Shown one piece after another: positions 1 through 13,372 of a stretch of DNA of 64,000 nt; positions within the stretch are counted from its first letter, which is position 1; each line of letters starts with the position of its first letter. Source of the DNA: Chrysomallon squamiferum (Eukaryota; Animalia; Mollusca); assembly GCA_012295275.1 (NCBI GenBank), contig CM022665.1:41354001-41418000 (forward strand). Direction: 5' to 3'. The position numbers and the translations under genes are program-made. Under the pieces are notes generated by a model. It had not been told where the DNA came from, did not search any database, and was given only the letters and a program-made list of their open reading frames with translations.

Positions 1-45
1 TTTCATAATTATTCATTACTCTTAAGCACAGTACTTTTTACCTAC

Positions 46-822
46 CTCTTTGTACTGTGAATATACTACAACAGGTCTTGAAGGAGCCATGAACTCAAGG
101 AGATTCATGACAATTGGAGTGGGATGGTTTTTACTTGCAACAATCAAACTGAAAAAAAAAAAAAAAAAAAAAATTATTTAACAAAATTTCATGGAATTTT
201 ATGTACCTGAGTCAGTAAAGTATAATTGTTTTTGAAATATTATAATTCACTTTTACAGATCATGCTATCCAGGTAATATATAATGTAATAAAAAGATTTT
301 ACATACATTATCCAGTTAATATTGTTTTTCTCTGATCACCTGGACTTGTCAGACAGATATAATATTGATAAGTGAAGCAGGTTGATAAAGATGCAAAACA
401 AAGATCTGTCAATAATAGCATATTTTTTAACATGAAGTAAATTACATTTTGAAATAACAACTAAGCACTATGGGTTAAATCTTTCTTAGACCTGGCTAGC
501 TGAAAGAGTGCAACCTCAACTTGACAGAGATCCATAAAGAAAGAAAGAAATACTAAATTAATTAACTGAAGAATGCTAAATCCAGTTTAATGATAGTGGC
601 AAACAGTTCACCAAATGAGTAATTAACATAAACAAGAAAATATTACCAATCAATATTTCTCTCTAGTAAAATAGCTTTAGCTTCTTCCAGCTGTTTTAAC
701 CTTTGCTGCTGTTCCTTCTGCTTTTCCTCCTGTTAAAAAATTGATAGCACATTTTAATATAAAGAAAAAGTATTTATTTTTACTCCATTTTAAAAACAAT
801 TTCATTGATTTGCTATATTTAA

Positions 823-858
<36 letters not shown>

Positions 859-2902
859 TGTTGAGGAGAGTGGTCTTTCGAAAACATGTAGAATCATTTA
901 TTTTAATCACCCACTGTTCCAGAGAAAAAAAAAAAAAAAAAGCTGTTATAAAACATAAGTTACTTCTGATTTTGGAGGCTTTTTCTTTCCTTTACGCTTT
1001 ACATCAGTGACTGATTCTTCTTTCATTTCAGTTTCAGAATTACCGGACTGAGCTGGTGTTTTAGAGTTGCCTTTCTTTGACGGAGTGCAGTCTTTATTAG
1101 CAATTTCCACCGAATTGTCATTCTTTGTATCTGAAACATTTTCTCCAGTGTCCATATCTACAGTTTTTGTTTTTGATGTATTATTTAAGTCAGATGAAGA
1201 TTCTTCTGAACAAGTTTTTGTAACAGTTATGTTCATTGGTTCACTTGATGTCTGTTTTTCTAATTGCTGAGAATCCTTTTCTTTAACTGGTTTATCAATA
1301 ATGTCAGTTGATGATTTTGCTTCTGATTCTGTAATCTGAGAATCAGCTTTATTTTGTGAACTTGAACATTCACCCACTTTTGATGAATTTGATTTCAAAT
1401 CCATTAACTTGTTGAGTGGGAAACTAAATAAAGTGTCTTTGTATTCCTTTGGAAAGTCAAAATAATCCATTACATATCTGAAAATAATGAATAGTGATGT
1501 AACACAATTAAAACCAAGTATCTAAGAACAATTTATATTTTTCATAAAATAGTTGAACACAGATGAAACTATTCAGTCAAGTGATCCAATGGTTTATCAC
1601 TTAAAAAATAAATAATTTAGAGAAATGTGCCTACTGACAATATTCCATACTGAAGAAAAAATTAACTAAGGATTTATCATCAGTAACTTGTTTATCAGTT
1701 ATAACCAAATTTAAATTTTATTAAATTAAAAATAGGTTTCTGTCACCTGTTTAGATCTGATCCAGGAAAGAGTTGAAGTACCTTTCCACAACCTACAAAA
1801 ATATAAAAATGTAAAAAAACAAACAAAATTAGAATGTATCTAATACTTTAGAATATAAGTCACTTAATATTTATTTTAATGATTCTTTAATACATTATAA
1901 AGTGCTCACATATATAATTTTGTAATAACCAATAATAATCTGATACATTTTTTGGGGAATATTCCTTCAATTTACTAGTTATAGAGTACAGGTGGAACTG
2001 ATAAAAGACTGGTAAAAGTTAAATACCATATAAGAATTTATGTATTAAAATGTGCTCCCTGTTTTTGCTTTGTGCTTGAGGAAAAGCAGAAGGAAGTTGA
2101 AACTGATGGAAGAATTTTTGAAAATCATTAATCTAGTTTAAAAAATCACATTTTTCATAAATAAATCTGTCAGTTCTGAAACACGGTTTATTTGAACTTA
2201 CCTCCCATTCTTTCTAGAATGGAGCCTACAATGAGCCCACGACACGAGTCAACTACTGCTACTTTAATTCCAGAATGGATGTTTCCATACCACAGGATCT
2301 GTGACAGACTGTCCACCCGAAGATTACTAAAAACATGCATCAGCTTCATCTTAATAATTATCCATACTTAGGTAAGTCCTAGATATTAAAAATATTCCAC
2401 TCTGAAGTTAATTAGGTCAAAATTATCCATAATTAGATAAATCTACAATAAATATTATATCAACAAAAAAAGGAAAACAAAAAATTTGAAAATATCTTAC
2501 TCTAAGACCACTTAGATTAAATTTTGCTATATTCATCTAAGGTAGGCTGATTTTATAAGAAATCCCAACAAAAGGAATTTGACATGAACTTAAGCTGTGC
2601 ATCATTTTTTACAATGGCTTCCACTTCAAACAATATCAAAATTTTAACAATACATTTCATGACATTTACACTATTATTATTATTATTATTATTATAATTA
2701 TTTTATATAACTCAGAAGTTTATTCAGTAATGGGATTATGAAAAATGAAAACAGAAACAAGAGTATTTGAAATAGTTTGAAATTACTTACCATATCTTAT
2801 CGGGAGATCGGCTGTACAACATTTCTATCAGTAATCTTGCTGTTGGTTTCAACACAGTTGCAATGAAAAGATGCCTGAAACAAAATATACTAATTTTATT
2901 AG

Positions 2903-2936
<34 letters not shown>

Positions 2937-4997
2937 GAAAATAACAAAATAACAAGCAAACTGTATTGCCATTTTTGTTTATTCAGAATTATTATTATCC
3001 ATTTTTATTAAGAAAAACATTTGCCAAAAGACTTAGTGTGATGAACATATTAATAATTACATTGATTTATATTAATTCTTTTCACTTGTGTTATTTACTG
3101 ATGTATGAATAAATGTATTTTCAAACATTATACTTGCTTTTTTCTCTTCTTTTTCAGGTATTTGGCTTGAGAGAAAACTGTTTTAGCCTTGAATGTTTCA
3201 CTATTTTCCACCAGCTGTTGAATAATTTCCTATGAAAAGAAAAATATTTATAAAATAAATACATAAATTTGGTAACAATCTTTGAAGAAAGCAAATAATA
3301 ATTAGTGATTAATATTAATTTAATATTTCATCTAATATCTGTTGCTTTTTAATTGTAGAAAAAAACATAAATATAATTTAGAAGTTCTAAAACGTAATGG
3401 ATAAAATAAATGTGTGAAAATAAAATTTTGAACTGAATCAAAGAACACAAATAAGTGGATTGCAGTTCAGTGATACATCATTTACCTGAAAAGAAATAGG
3501 TCTTGGGATCAACCTGCTCTTTTCCAGGTTCACTACTTAAGTACATCAAAGTAATAAATTATAAAATAATATTTTAAGAAAAATTAATTGTATTTGAACC
3601 TGTCCTGCTGTTCCTTTCTGCTTCATTTCTTCAATCTGCTGCTGTGTCAACTTTTGATTGGACTCATCTCCTTTGAGTTCCCGATTATCTTTTCCACTTG
3701 CAGTTTCTGAACAATAATTTTCTTAAAATGTTACACTTCAACTGTATATATATATTTTCTTATATATATTTTTTGTTGTTGTAAGGTTAATAATTCTTAG
3801 AATTAGATATGTGATTTACAACAAAATCAAAAGTGTTAAAATTTAAATGTGCAAACTACTAAAATTTATAATTTGAAAAATGTCCATTAAAGTACCTTTA
3901 TCCTCTTCCTCCATTTTGATTTCTTCCAAGAAAGATGCATCAGTTTTAACTAACTGTCCATCTGCCAATTCAAATGTTGTTCCAAATGGGTGTCCAATTA
4001 TTCCGTCTAAAGTGAATTTAAATTTGTCAAGAAATACCTGCCTTAAAATTAAAAATAAATAAATAAAATAAAAGTGTTATAGAAAAAAAACACAGATCTT
4101 TTTCAGACAAAAAAACAAAAACAAACACATTAAGCAAATATATTTCATATATATTTATTTTGTTAAAATTATTTTTTCTTTATTTAATATTTATTTACAT
4201 AGGCTGTATTAAAATTAAATAATACTTTAATAGCATTGATATGATATTGCATTTTGTCTGTTTTAATGTATTTTTGTTTAAATATATTTACATTCCTATT
4301 TTTATTTTATTTTTTAAATATTTTAGAAATCAGAATACCTTTTTGGTCCCCCACATTTTTATACATGTGAATGAGATTCATGAAAGTAAATAGGTAACAG
4401 AACAGGTAAATAATCTTTTTCAACCTGACTACAAATATCTGTTGTATAATAACATTGCCAAATATCTCATTCTGGGACATTAAAAACAAAAGAACTGATA
4501 AATTTAACACAAAAATGGTCGTTTTGAATCTGGCGTATATTTAAAAAAATTATTTTACAAATTATATAACACCCGTTAACAGATAAAATAGCTATATTAT
4601 TAAAATAAAGTTACCATGATTGAAGGTACCATGTTAAAAGATCATGATTAGCTATACAATTATTTTATGTTGTCACATACTCATAAAATAATAAGTGATA
4701 AAGGGACTCCACAAAATTTCACTGTTCATAGAATAAATGACGTTACTATTACGATTATCGCGATTATGATCGTTAACTATTTTATTCCACTCTCTTTTGA
4801 TTGCTTGTCTCATTGACTCATTGAGTCATTCAGACACGAGAACAAACTAGTCACTGGCTTACAATTTAAACTGTTACGGGGACAAATTGTAATTACCTTT
4901 TCATCTTAACTTGAAATACTTGTAACTTGTTTTCTCTACGGAAAATGACCTGATCATTTTCTTTGACCAAATTCATTTCTGGAATAGGTATTTCCAT
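46..4997 (-). CDS. TRMT6: tRNA (adenine-58-N1)-methyltransferase non-catalytic subunit TRM6; 10 coding exons, 3' end lies beyond the left edge of the window
   Basis: Minus-strand exons with consistent splice phases: 4997-4897, 4041-3896, 3706-3600, 3229-3138, 2874-2791, 2326-2202, 1792-1747, 1477-964, 729-647, 148-46. The spliced peptide has TRM6/Gcd10 hallmarks: FTLDGIIGHPFGTTFE, KDNREL..SNQKLTQQQIEEMK, EIIQQLVENSETFKAKTVFSQAKYLKKK, LRVDSLSQILWYGNIH, GLIVGSILERMGG, LIVASKNHPTP..LLEFMAPSRPVVVYSQYKE. An alternative start ATG exists at 4976. Confidence 0.95.
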
Positions 4998-6132
4998 GAT
5001 TTCGTTTCGTAATTGCACGTGTTTTGTGTTTACCGGATAACGGAAGATGAATTGTTGTCCATCTTTTTTTCCACCCACTGAATGTAGTCCGACGAATATC
5101 CGCCAGAGTTAACTTTTGTAAAGTCGTGATTGAAAGACTATTCGATTATATATTGTTGTTCTGAGATGGGATTGATTAAAATAAATTAAACTACACTTTT
5201 TATTTTTTCGGTTTTCTTTATGGTACATTTTATAAAATTACATAATCGAAAGGTTGGGGAAATCCTGCAAACAATAAATTTCGTAGTGCTACTTTTTGTT
5301 TATTCTTCTAACAGAAGGAGTTTTAGCTGACAAAAATACTGCGATACTTTCTTAATGTATTAGTGATATATTTTTAAGTGCCTTAACATTTGCCTGAAAA
5401 TTGTTTAGCTTTTAATACTTCATGTAAAATGTATAACGGAAAAACTATTTGTATTACACCTGTCGTAAAAATAACTTTTAGATCATTGAAGTACTAAATA
5501 AATTAGTAGCGTAAATTTAAAACGAACGTGTTTTGTATTATATTATTTGTTCTACGGACTTAATACACAATAACAGTAACTATAACAACAACAATAATCA
5601 TTTTTTCCCCCTTTGTTTCTTTGTCTACAACATACTTGTTCTTATTAATATAATTACATTGTACTTATGAAAACATGGTTTTTCTATATATATAAAAAAT
5701 ATTTTTATTATTATTATTTTCTAATTTAATACAGATTGGGAAAATAGTCGCGACTCCTTCCTCAGTTTATCATGTCTTTGAAAAATAAATATCTTCAAAT
5801 AAAATATTGATAAATTATTGATTCTTTGAATACTTGAAACTGTCATTGTTGATTTTAACCTAGATATGTTACAGTTACTTTTATTAACCATACTGGCCGT
5901 AAAAAAAAAAAAAAAAATAATAAAAAAATAAAAAAATAAAAAAAATAAAATAATAATAATAATAAATAAATAAAAATAAAAATTTATTTACCTCTGTAAC
6001 AAAATTAATAAAATAAATAACATATATACATTATATAACATTCAACAAAATCATAAGTGTTAAAGTTTAAATGCTAATTTTGTGCAAACCACAACGATAT
6101 GAGGAATTTTATCATTTGAATGTTTTACATTC

Positions 6133-7679
6133 TTAACAATTTGGCTTAATGTCTATAGGAAGGACAACGAGTTCACATCTTTCAATTCCGGCTGACGTAG
6201 CCAGCGAGCTCAGAAAACACGTATCTGGATGCCTCAACAAAATGGACGCGTTTTCCGTCACATAAAGAGCAGCCTTTGCCATCTGAACCTGCTCCTGAAT
6301 TATACGAACAAGGTCTTCATTTTCTGAAAAAAAATTAGCAATGACGGCCTCATCTGGAAGGATCTTTTTGATGTTTGCAACCCAGAGGACGTCAAAGTCT
6401 GCATCCTTCTGAACGAAAGCTTGCATACACGAAACCAGCAATTCACTCTTTATTTGAAACAGATGGTGTTTGCTGTTGTCGGAAAAGTAAAACTGCATAT
6501 AACACTGCTTCATTTCGTCTCGTTCAGACAGAAGAGTGAGGTAGTCTTGATTGGCAGCGAAGCCAAAGCGCGGGTGTTCGACGAGGTCGTCCGTGATTTC
6601 AAACGATTTCCCTTCTACAGCGATATCTCCCGTATTCCACAAGTCCGTGTTAACAATACTGTCGTCGTACATATTGAAACAGCTTTCCACACTCGAATCA
6701 CTACTCGCAGTTGAATCTGTGCTTTCGTTTAAAGCCTCGTATAACTGCAAACTTCGATGAATTTTGTACTGCTGGAACCAGCACTGAACGTCAAACCATG
6801 AAGCAGGACTCTGTTCATCAACCAAATATCTAGGATATATCCAACCGTACTCATCTTTCACTGGTATATATTTGACAAAACGCCTGTCATCCGTATGTTC
6901 TGTTACTCTCATCACTGAAAGAGGACAAAAATCATTCTCAGAAACTTTATTCTCCATTTGGTTTGAATCATTCATTTTATTCGGACTGCTGAGTTTGCTT
7001 TCTTTATAATCGCGCATAATGTCGTGCGAATTAAATCTGATTGTGGCACTTTGATTGCAGTTGGTTAAAATAGTTTCAGTGAAATAATCATTATTTTCGT
7101 ACATGTATGACTGCAAATGTTTCGTTTGCGGATACCGATGTCCTACAGATTTTTTGTTTTCGGGTGATTCGGCTTCGAGCCTACAAACGTACAGAAGAGT
7201 ATTGGCATTTTCAGACGATCTCTGTTGACGAAATATAAGTCGCGATGAGGCATTAATTTCACAGTGTTCTACACTATAAATATTTATTAATTTTTTTCGT
7301 TCACTCCAAGGAGTTAATGCAGCATTATCATTTTTCGCTCTGTAAAACCTAGAATAAAGAAAGCTGTACCAATTATAATAATAATAATAATAACGACAAT
7401 TTATTTTTTAAAGGCGGAAGAAATATTATTGAAATGTTTTGTTAAATCAAACAGTTTGTTTTCATTTAAAAGATTTAGAAAATGGTTTGCTATTCAACAT
7501 CGAAACGTCAGAATAACGTCATGTACGCGTTCACCCGTTTTCTAACATAATAATATTAAAGATTTTTAATGTGAACGTTGGCATATTTATTATATTATAA
7601 CATTTTAACATATTTAATAGCGTGCAAACCTTGTCATTTTCATTTCCAGCGACTTAAGTCTTTTTCTTAAAGATGGCAT
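6133..7679 (-). CDS. Orphan family paralogue 1, two coding exons, ~421 aa, unknown function
   Basis: Exon 1 7679-7630 (MPSLRKRLKSLEMKMT+AG, donor GTTTGC, phase 2). Exon 2 7348-6133 (acceptor TTCTAG; an in-frame alternative CAG lies 9 nt downstream). The frame is open from the acceptor into the 327-aa ORF ending ..LPIDIKPNC*. Same structure in two other copies. Confidence 0.8.
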
Positions 7680-8542
7680 ATTTTGTTGGACTTATTTTTG
7701 CCTTTTGGTTTGAACCAACCGTTGCTATTCTTCTTTGTTTTGCATTTCCTCCGCGGAGAAATAATTTTTAAAATGCGTAGATAAGGTTTCTCTTTCGGAT
7801 GAAATATATCGTGCTTAAATAAAAATAATCATACCATAGTATATTCTTTTAAACTGTGATGCTCGCAATTAAAAAAAAAAAAAATAATAATAATAAAATT
7901 TAATAAAAGAAATTAACAGTACAGGATTAAAGCAACTGGCATAATACTATACTCTTATTTTTCTTATTTAATGCCTATGTTTTTAGAGATTTAATAATAA
8001 TCTGTTGCAGCGTGTAAATTATCAGTGATTTACAAATGAAATTAAAAGATTATTTATCCTAAATGTATTTTCTTTTCGTTTTCTTTACGATTCTTGATTT
8101 TAGGAGCAATTGGTATTACCTCCCTTTACCCGCTATATGTTAAAAACAAAATAACCGGTTATTTATGGAAAGTTGTAACTTAATTAAAATATATTATTAA
8201 AAGGTAATAGGTAAGATTCTCCTCTAGAAAAATAAATTTGTATTTCGATGGATTCTTCATCACATTCACAAATTTATTTCTTTCAAATTCACAGGATAAT
8301 CAATTTAATTTGAAAGTGAGTGCACCGGTGTTTTTTTAATTCTACAAATATTCACATTAGTACTATAGTCTTTACCATTATCAGTCAGCATTCATTTTCT
8401 CTCACTTTAAATTAATGAAAATTATCTTGCAGTTATAATCAAAAGAATTTGGACTGTTAACAAAATAAAAATTGATAAAATTTAATTTTAGTTTTATGCA
8501 AACTACTAAAACTAATAATTTACGAAATGTCCATTAAAGCAC

Positions 8543-10694
8543 TTTTAGCCGCTTCCTCCATTTTGATTTCTTCCATGAAAGATGCATCAGTTTTAACTAA
8601 CTGTCTATCTGCCAGTTCAAATGTTGTTCCAAATGGATGTACAATTATTCCATCTGAAGTGATTTAAATTTGTTAAGAAATACCTGATTTTTTTCTTTAA
8701 TCACAACATAAAAAATAAAAAATAAAAATAAATAAATAAATAACCCCACCCAAAACAAACACATTAAACAAACCTATATGACATATATTTATTTTGTTAA
8801 AATGTTTTTCTTTATTTAAAATTTATTTACAGCAGCTCTGTTAAAATTAAAGAATACACTTAGTATGAAGTTGCATTCTGTCTATCAGAAAAAAGTATCT
8901 CATTGTATTTTTGTTTAAATGTATTTATGTTCCTATTTTTATTTTTATTTTTAAAATTTTTAGAACTTATTTTGGTCCTCCACATTTTTATATATGTAAA
9001 TGAGATTCATAAAAATAAACGTTAAAAACAGACAGAAGAACAGATATCTTTTACATAAAATTAGTCAAGTTTTGAATCTGATGTGTATATAAAACTTATT
9101 TTGCAGATTATGTAACAGCCGTTTATAGATAAAAGAGTTGTTTTATTCGACTAAAGGCACCACGACTGAGGGTACAATTTTAAATTACAATGTTTAATTA
9201 TACAATTATATTTTATTATGCTGTCCGACAGGGACTCTAAAATTTACTATATATTAAGTTCTCTGTAACTTACGATCACGTGACCAAATTAGAACCCCCG
9301 CAAAGGGCGTAACACTCTTTCCCAAAAAATAGCACTGCTTAAACTTACAGACCTCCCTGTATCGGGCAGATAGCTACCAGATTTGGTTCGGCTCTAAGGG
9401 TATTCAGGGAACAAGAAAGGCCCCAAAATTACATACCCTACCCGATTTTGGCTCGTGTCTAATGGTATTCCGGGTATATATGTATTTATATTTATTTTTG
9501 GCCAACGTTAAATCACTAGAAACAACAACACAAGTTTAGATTTAAAGAATATATGTATTATGTGATATAATGATAGTTATTTATCGAGTAAAGCTTACAA
9601 TGCTTACACGACCTATTGCAAACAGATACACGCCACAAAATTACTCTCACCACATAAGTGAACATATGGGGGATATTAAATATGTTTATCTCTCATAAAA
9701 TAGCACACCCCGAGGTGTATTTGAATATGCAAGTATATCAAAATAGCGTACTGCTTAGTGGGACGTTGACGTGACAGTCACTTAACAGTAACACTACTGT
9801 GGTATCTATGCTTACAGTTATTGAACGTCAGTACTGACCTCAGATTCCCCGCTATTCTCGCCCACTGTTTTAGAGATAATAGCCAACAATTTACTTTGAT
9901 CGGTCTGATCTCAGATTACTAGCTATTCTCCAACTAATGGTTATATTACTTCAGTATATATATATTCACATTTTGGAGAAAACTGATCTCCCTCTCCAAA
10001 ATGTGATCTCTGCTTTTATTGCATAGGAAAGACCACATGGGGGTCTTTTAATATCCCTGTCCCAGGGTGGTGCCGAGACTAGTTGGACCTTTAGTAGACA
10101 TGCAGACGCTAGTGTGTCCCCCAAAAAACACTTCGCCATAGCTTATATAATTCTTAAGGAAATCTAACATCTGTTATATATTACACAGGAGACTGCTGTC
10201 TCCCTCACACTTACCCTGTATAATTCTTAAGGGTTTCATATTAAAGAGGAGTCTGCTATCTTCGTCACACTTACTTTGGCGACATTTGAATTATTTAATT
10301 GTTGACAGAATAAATGACATGACTATTACGATTATCATGATTATGATCATTAACTATTTTATTCGACTCTCCTTTGATTTCTTGTCAGATTCAGACATGT
10401 CAACGATAACAGAAAAAGTAAGTAAATATACGATAAAAGTGTCATGTCCGATTAGGATGAAATGATGTCATTTGATTATAATGATGAACATCACAAACGC
10501 TGAAACAAGGAACATCAACAACATAAACCTGTCACTGTTTTACGATTTGAAATGTTAAATATTTTATGCCTTACGGGGACACTTTGCAATCACTTTTTTC
10601 TTCTTAAGTTGAAAAACTCGTAATTTGTTTTTTTAGGGAAAATGACCTGATTATTTTCTTTGATCAAATTCATTTCTGGAATGGGCATTTCCAT
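8543..10694 (-). pseudogene. Truncated duplicate of TRMT6 exons 1-2 and intron 1
   Basis: The exon-1 copy at 10694-10594 (MEMPIPEMNLIKENNQVIF..) has a -1 and a +1 indel. The exon-2 copy at ~8686-8543 has a 1-nt deletion (agtgatttaaat vs agtgaatttaaat) and an altered acceptor. No copies of exons 3 onward. Confidence 0.85.
9249..10299. mobile_element. ~1.05-kb insertion, probable non-autonomous transposon or solo-LTR-like element
   Basis: Absent from the homologous position of functional TRMT6 intron 1 (~4722, aaatttcact|gttcatagaataaatga). It is GC-richer than its flanks and has internal imperfect direct repeats (~9836/9906, ~10145/10220, ~10187/10247). TGT..ACA ends are possible at 9264/10284. 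No ORF and no clear target-site duplication. Confidence 0.55.
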
Positions 10695-11867
10695 GATTTC
10701 GTTTCGAAGTTGCACGTGTTTTGTGTTTAACAAAAACCGGAAGATCAAGTGTTGTCTTTTTCCCCATCGACTGACTGTAGTCCGATGAATATCCGCCATT
10801 GTTAACTTTTGTAAAGTCGTGATTCAAAGACTATTCGACTATATACTGTTGTTCTGAGATGGGAATAAACTACAATTTTTATTAATAAAGTAAACTAGAG
10901 TTTTTATTTTTTCGGTTTTCTTTATGGTACATTTTATAAAATTACATAATCGAAAGGTTGGGGAACCCAGAAAACAATATATCATGTAGTGCTACTTTTT
11001 GTTTATTCTTCTAACAGAAGGAGTTTTAACTGACAAAAATACTGCGATACTTTCTTAATGTATTATTGATAAATTTTTAAGTGCCTTAACATTTGCCTGA
11101 AAATTATATTGCTTTAATACTTCATGTAAGATTTATAGCGGAATAAATAGTTTGTATTACGCCTGTCGTAAAACTAATTTGTAGATTACTGAAGTGCTGA
11201 ATAAATTAGTAGCGTAAATTTAAAACAAGCGTTTTTGTATTTTATTATTTCTTCTAATGACTTAATAATAATAACAAAAACACCAACAATAGCAATAGTA
11301 ATACCAATACCAATAACAACATCAATTTTTCCCCTTTTTAATTTCTTTGTCTGCAACATACTTGTTCTCATTAAATAATATAATTACATTTTACTTATAG
11401 AAACATGTGTTTTTTTCTAAAAACTATTTTTTTTTTTATTATTATTTTCTATTTTAATACAGGTTAGGAAAACGGTAGGGACTCTTTCCTCAAATTCATT
11501 ATGTCTCTGAAAAATATCTTCAAATACAATATTGATAAATTCTTGATACTTTGGATTTTTGAAATTGTCGTTGTTGATTTTAACCTAGGTATGTTACAGT
11601 TACTTTTATTAACCATACTGGCCGTATTCTGCAAATGTTTATTTTTTAATTTACAAGCAACAACAAACAAACAAAAAAAAAAAACAAAAAAAAAAACAAC
11701 CAACAAATAAGAAATAAAAATAAAAATATATTTATTTACCTCTAACAAAATTAATACATACATTTAATATAACGTTTAACAAAATAAAAATATGCTAAAC
11801 TTTAAATGCTAATTTTAAGCAAACTACAACTATATGTGGAATTTTATCATTTGAATGTTTTACATTC

Positions 11868-13016
11868 TTAACAATTTGGCTTAATGTCTATAGGAAGGAC
11901 AACGAGTTCACATCTTTCAATTCCGACAGACGTAGCCAGCGAGCTCAGAAAACACGTATCTGGATGCCTCAACAAAATGGACGCGTTTTCCGTCACATAA
12001 AGAGCAGCCTTTGCCATCTGAACCTGCTCCTGAATTATACGAACAAGGTCTTCATTTTCTGAAAAAAAATTAGCAATGACGGCCTCATCTGGAAGGATCT
12101 CTTTGATGTCTGCGACCCAGAGGACGTCAAAGTCTGCATCCTTCTGAACGAAAGCTTGCATGCACGAAACCAGCAATTCACTCTTTATTTGAAACAGATG
12201 GTGTTTGGTGTTGTCGGAAAAGTAAAACTGCATATAACACTGCTTCATTTCGTCTCGTTCAGACAGAAGAGTGAGGTAGTCTTGATTGGCAGCGAAACCA
12301 AAGCGCGGGTGTTCGACGAGGTCGTCCGTGATTTCGTATAATTTCCCTTCGACAACAATGTCTCCCGTGTTCCAGAAGTCCGTGTTAATAGTACTGTCAT
12401 TGTACATACTGAAACCGGTTTCCATGGTCGAATCACCACTCGCCGCTGAATCTTTGCTTTTGTTCAAAGCCTCGTGTATCCAATCGTACTCATCCGTCAC
12501 TGGGATGTATTTGACAAAACGCCTGTCATCCGTATGTTCTGTTACTCTCATCATTGAAAGAGGAAAGAACTCATTCTGAAAAACCTTATTTGCCATTTGG
12601 TTTGAATCGTCCATTTTAATCGGACTGCCAAGGAGTTTGCTTTCTTTATAATCGCGCATAATGTCGTGCGAACCAAATCCGATTGTGGCACTTTGATTGC
12701 AGTTGGATAAAATATTTTCAATGAAATAATCATTATTTTCGTACATGTTTGACTGCAAATATTTCCTTTGCGGATTCCAATATTCTACAGGATCTTCGTT
12801 TTCGAGCGATTCGGCTTCGAGCCTACAATCGTACAGAAGAGTGTTGGTATTTTCATACGATCTCCGTTGACGAAATATCAGTCGCGATGGTGCGTTAACT
12901 TCACTTTGATCTCGGAGGCCATAAGTTTTTATGAACTGTTTTCGCTCACTCCAAGGAGTTAATGGAACGTTATCATTTTTCGCTCTGTAAAACCCAGAAT
13001 AAAGGAAGCTGTACTG

Positions 13017-13076
<60 letters not shown>

Positions 13077-13372
13077 GACAACAATTTATTTTTGAAAGGC
13101 GGAAGGAATGTTACTGAAAAGGTTTGAAAAATTAAACACTTTGTTGTTGTTTAAAAGATTTCGAAAATGATTCGCAATTCAACATCGAAACGTCAGAATA
13201 ACGTCATTATGCATTCGCCCGTTTTCTAACACAATAATATGAAACAATATTAAAGATTCTTAATGTGAACGTTGGCATATTTGTTATATTATAACATTTG
13301 ATATTTTTAACAGTGTGCAAACCTTGTCGTTTTCATTTCTAACGAGTCGAGCCTTTTTGTTAATGAAGACAT
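11868..13372 (-). CDS. Orphan family paralogue 2, two coding exons, ~388 aa, with a 32-codon in-frame deletion
   Basis: Exon 1 13372-13323 (MSSLTKRLDSLEMKTT+AG, GTTTGC donor). The upstream acceptor is mutated (AG>GG), but the in-frame CAG acceptor gives exon 2 12984-11868, open to ..LPIDIKPNC*. Confidence 0.72.
13019..13075. repeat. (TAA)n microsatellite in the intron of orphan paralogue 2; shorter homologous runs at ~7375-7393 and ~16571-16619
   Basis: Direct reading of the TAA runs at the same intron position in all three paralogues. Confidence 0.92.

Noticed and set aside
6133-6580. Assigning the conserved orphan C-terminal domain to a known fold (e.g. a cytokine-like beta-trefoil or a transposase/viral domain)
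   Set aside because: Only the size and the variable-N-terminus layout are suggestive. I recognised no diagnostic motif; structure prediction is needed.
6421-6760. Plus-strand ORFs overlapping the orphan genes (also 12156-12579, 15615-15954)
   Set aside because: Antisense shadows of the conserved minus-strand CDS, with lengths that vary between copies.
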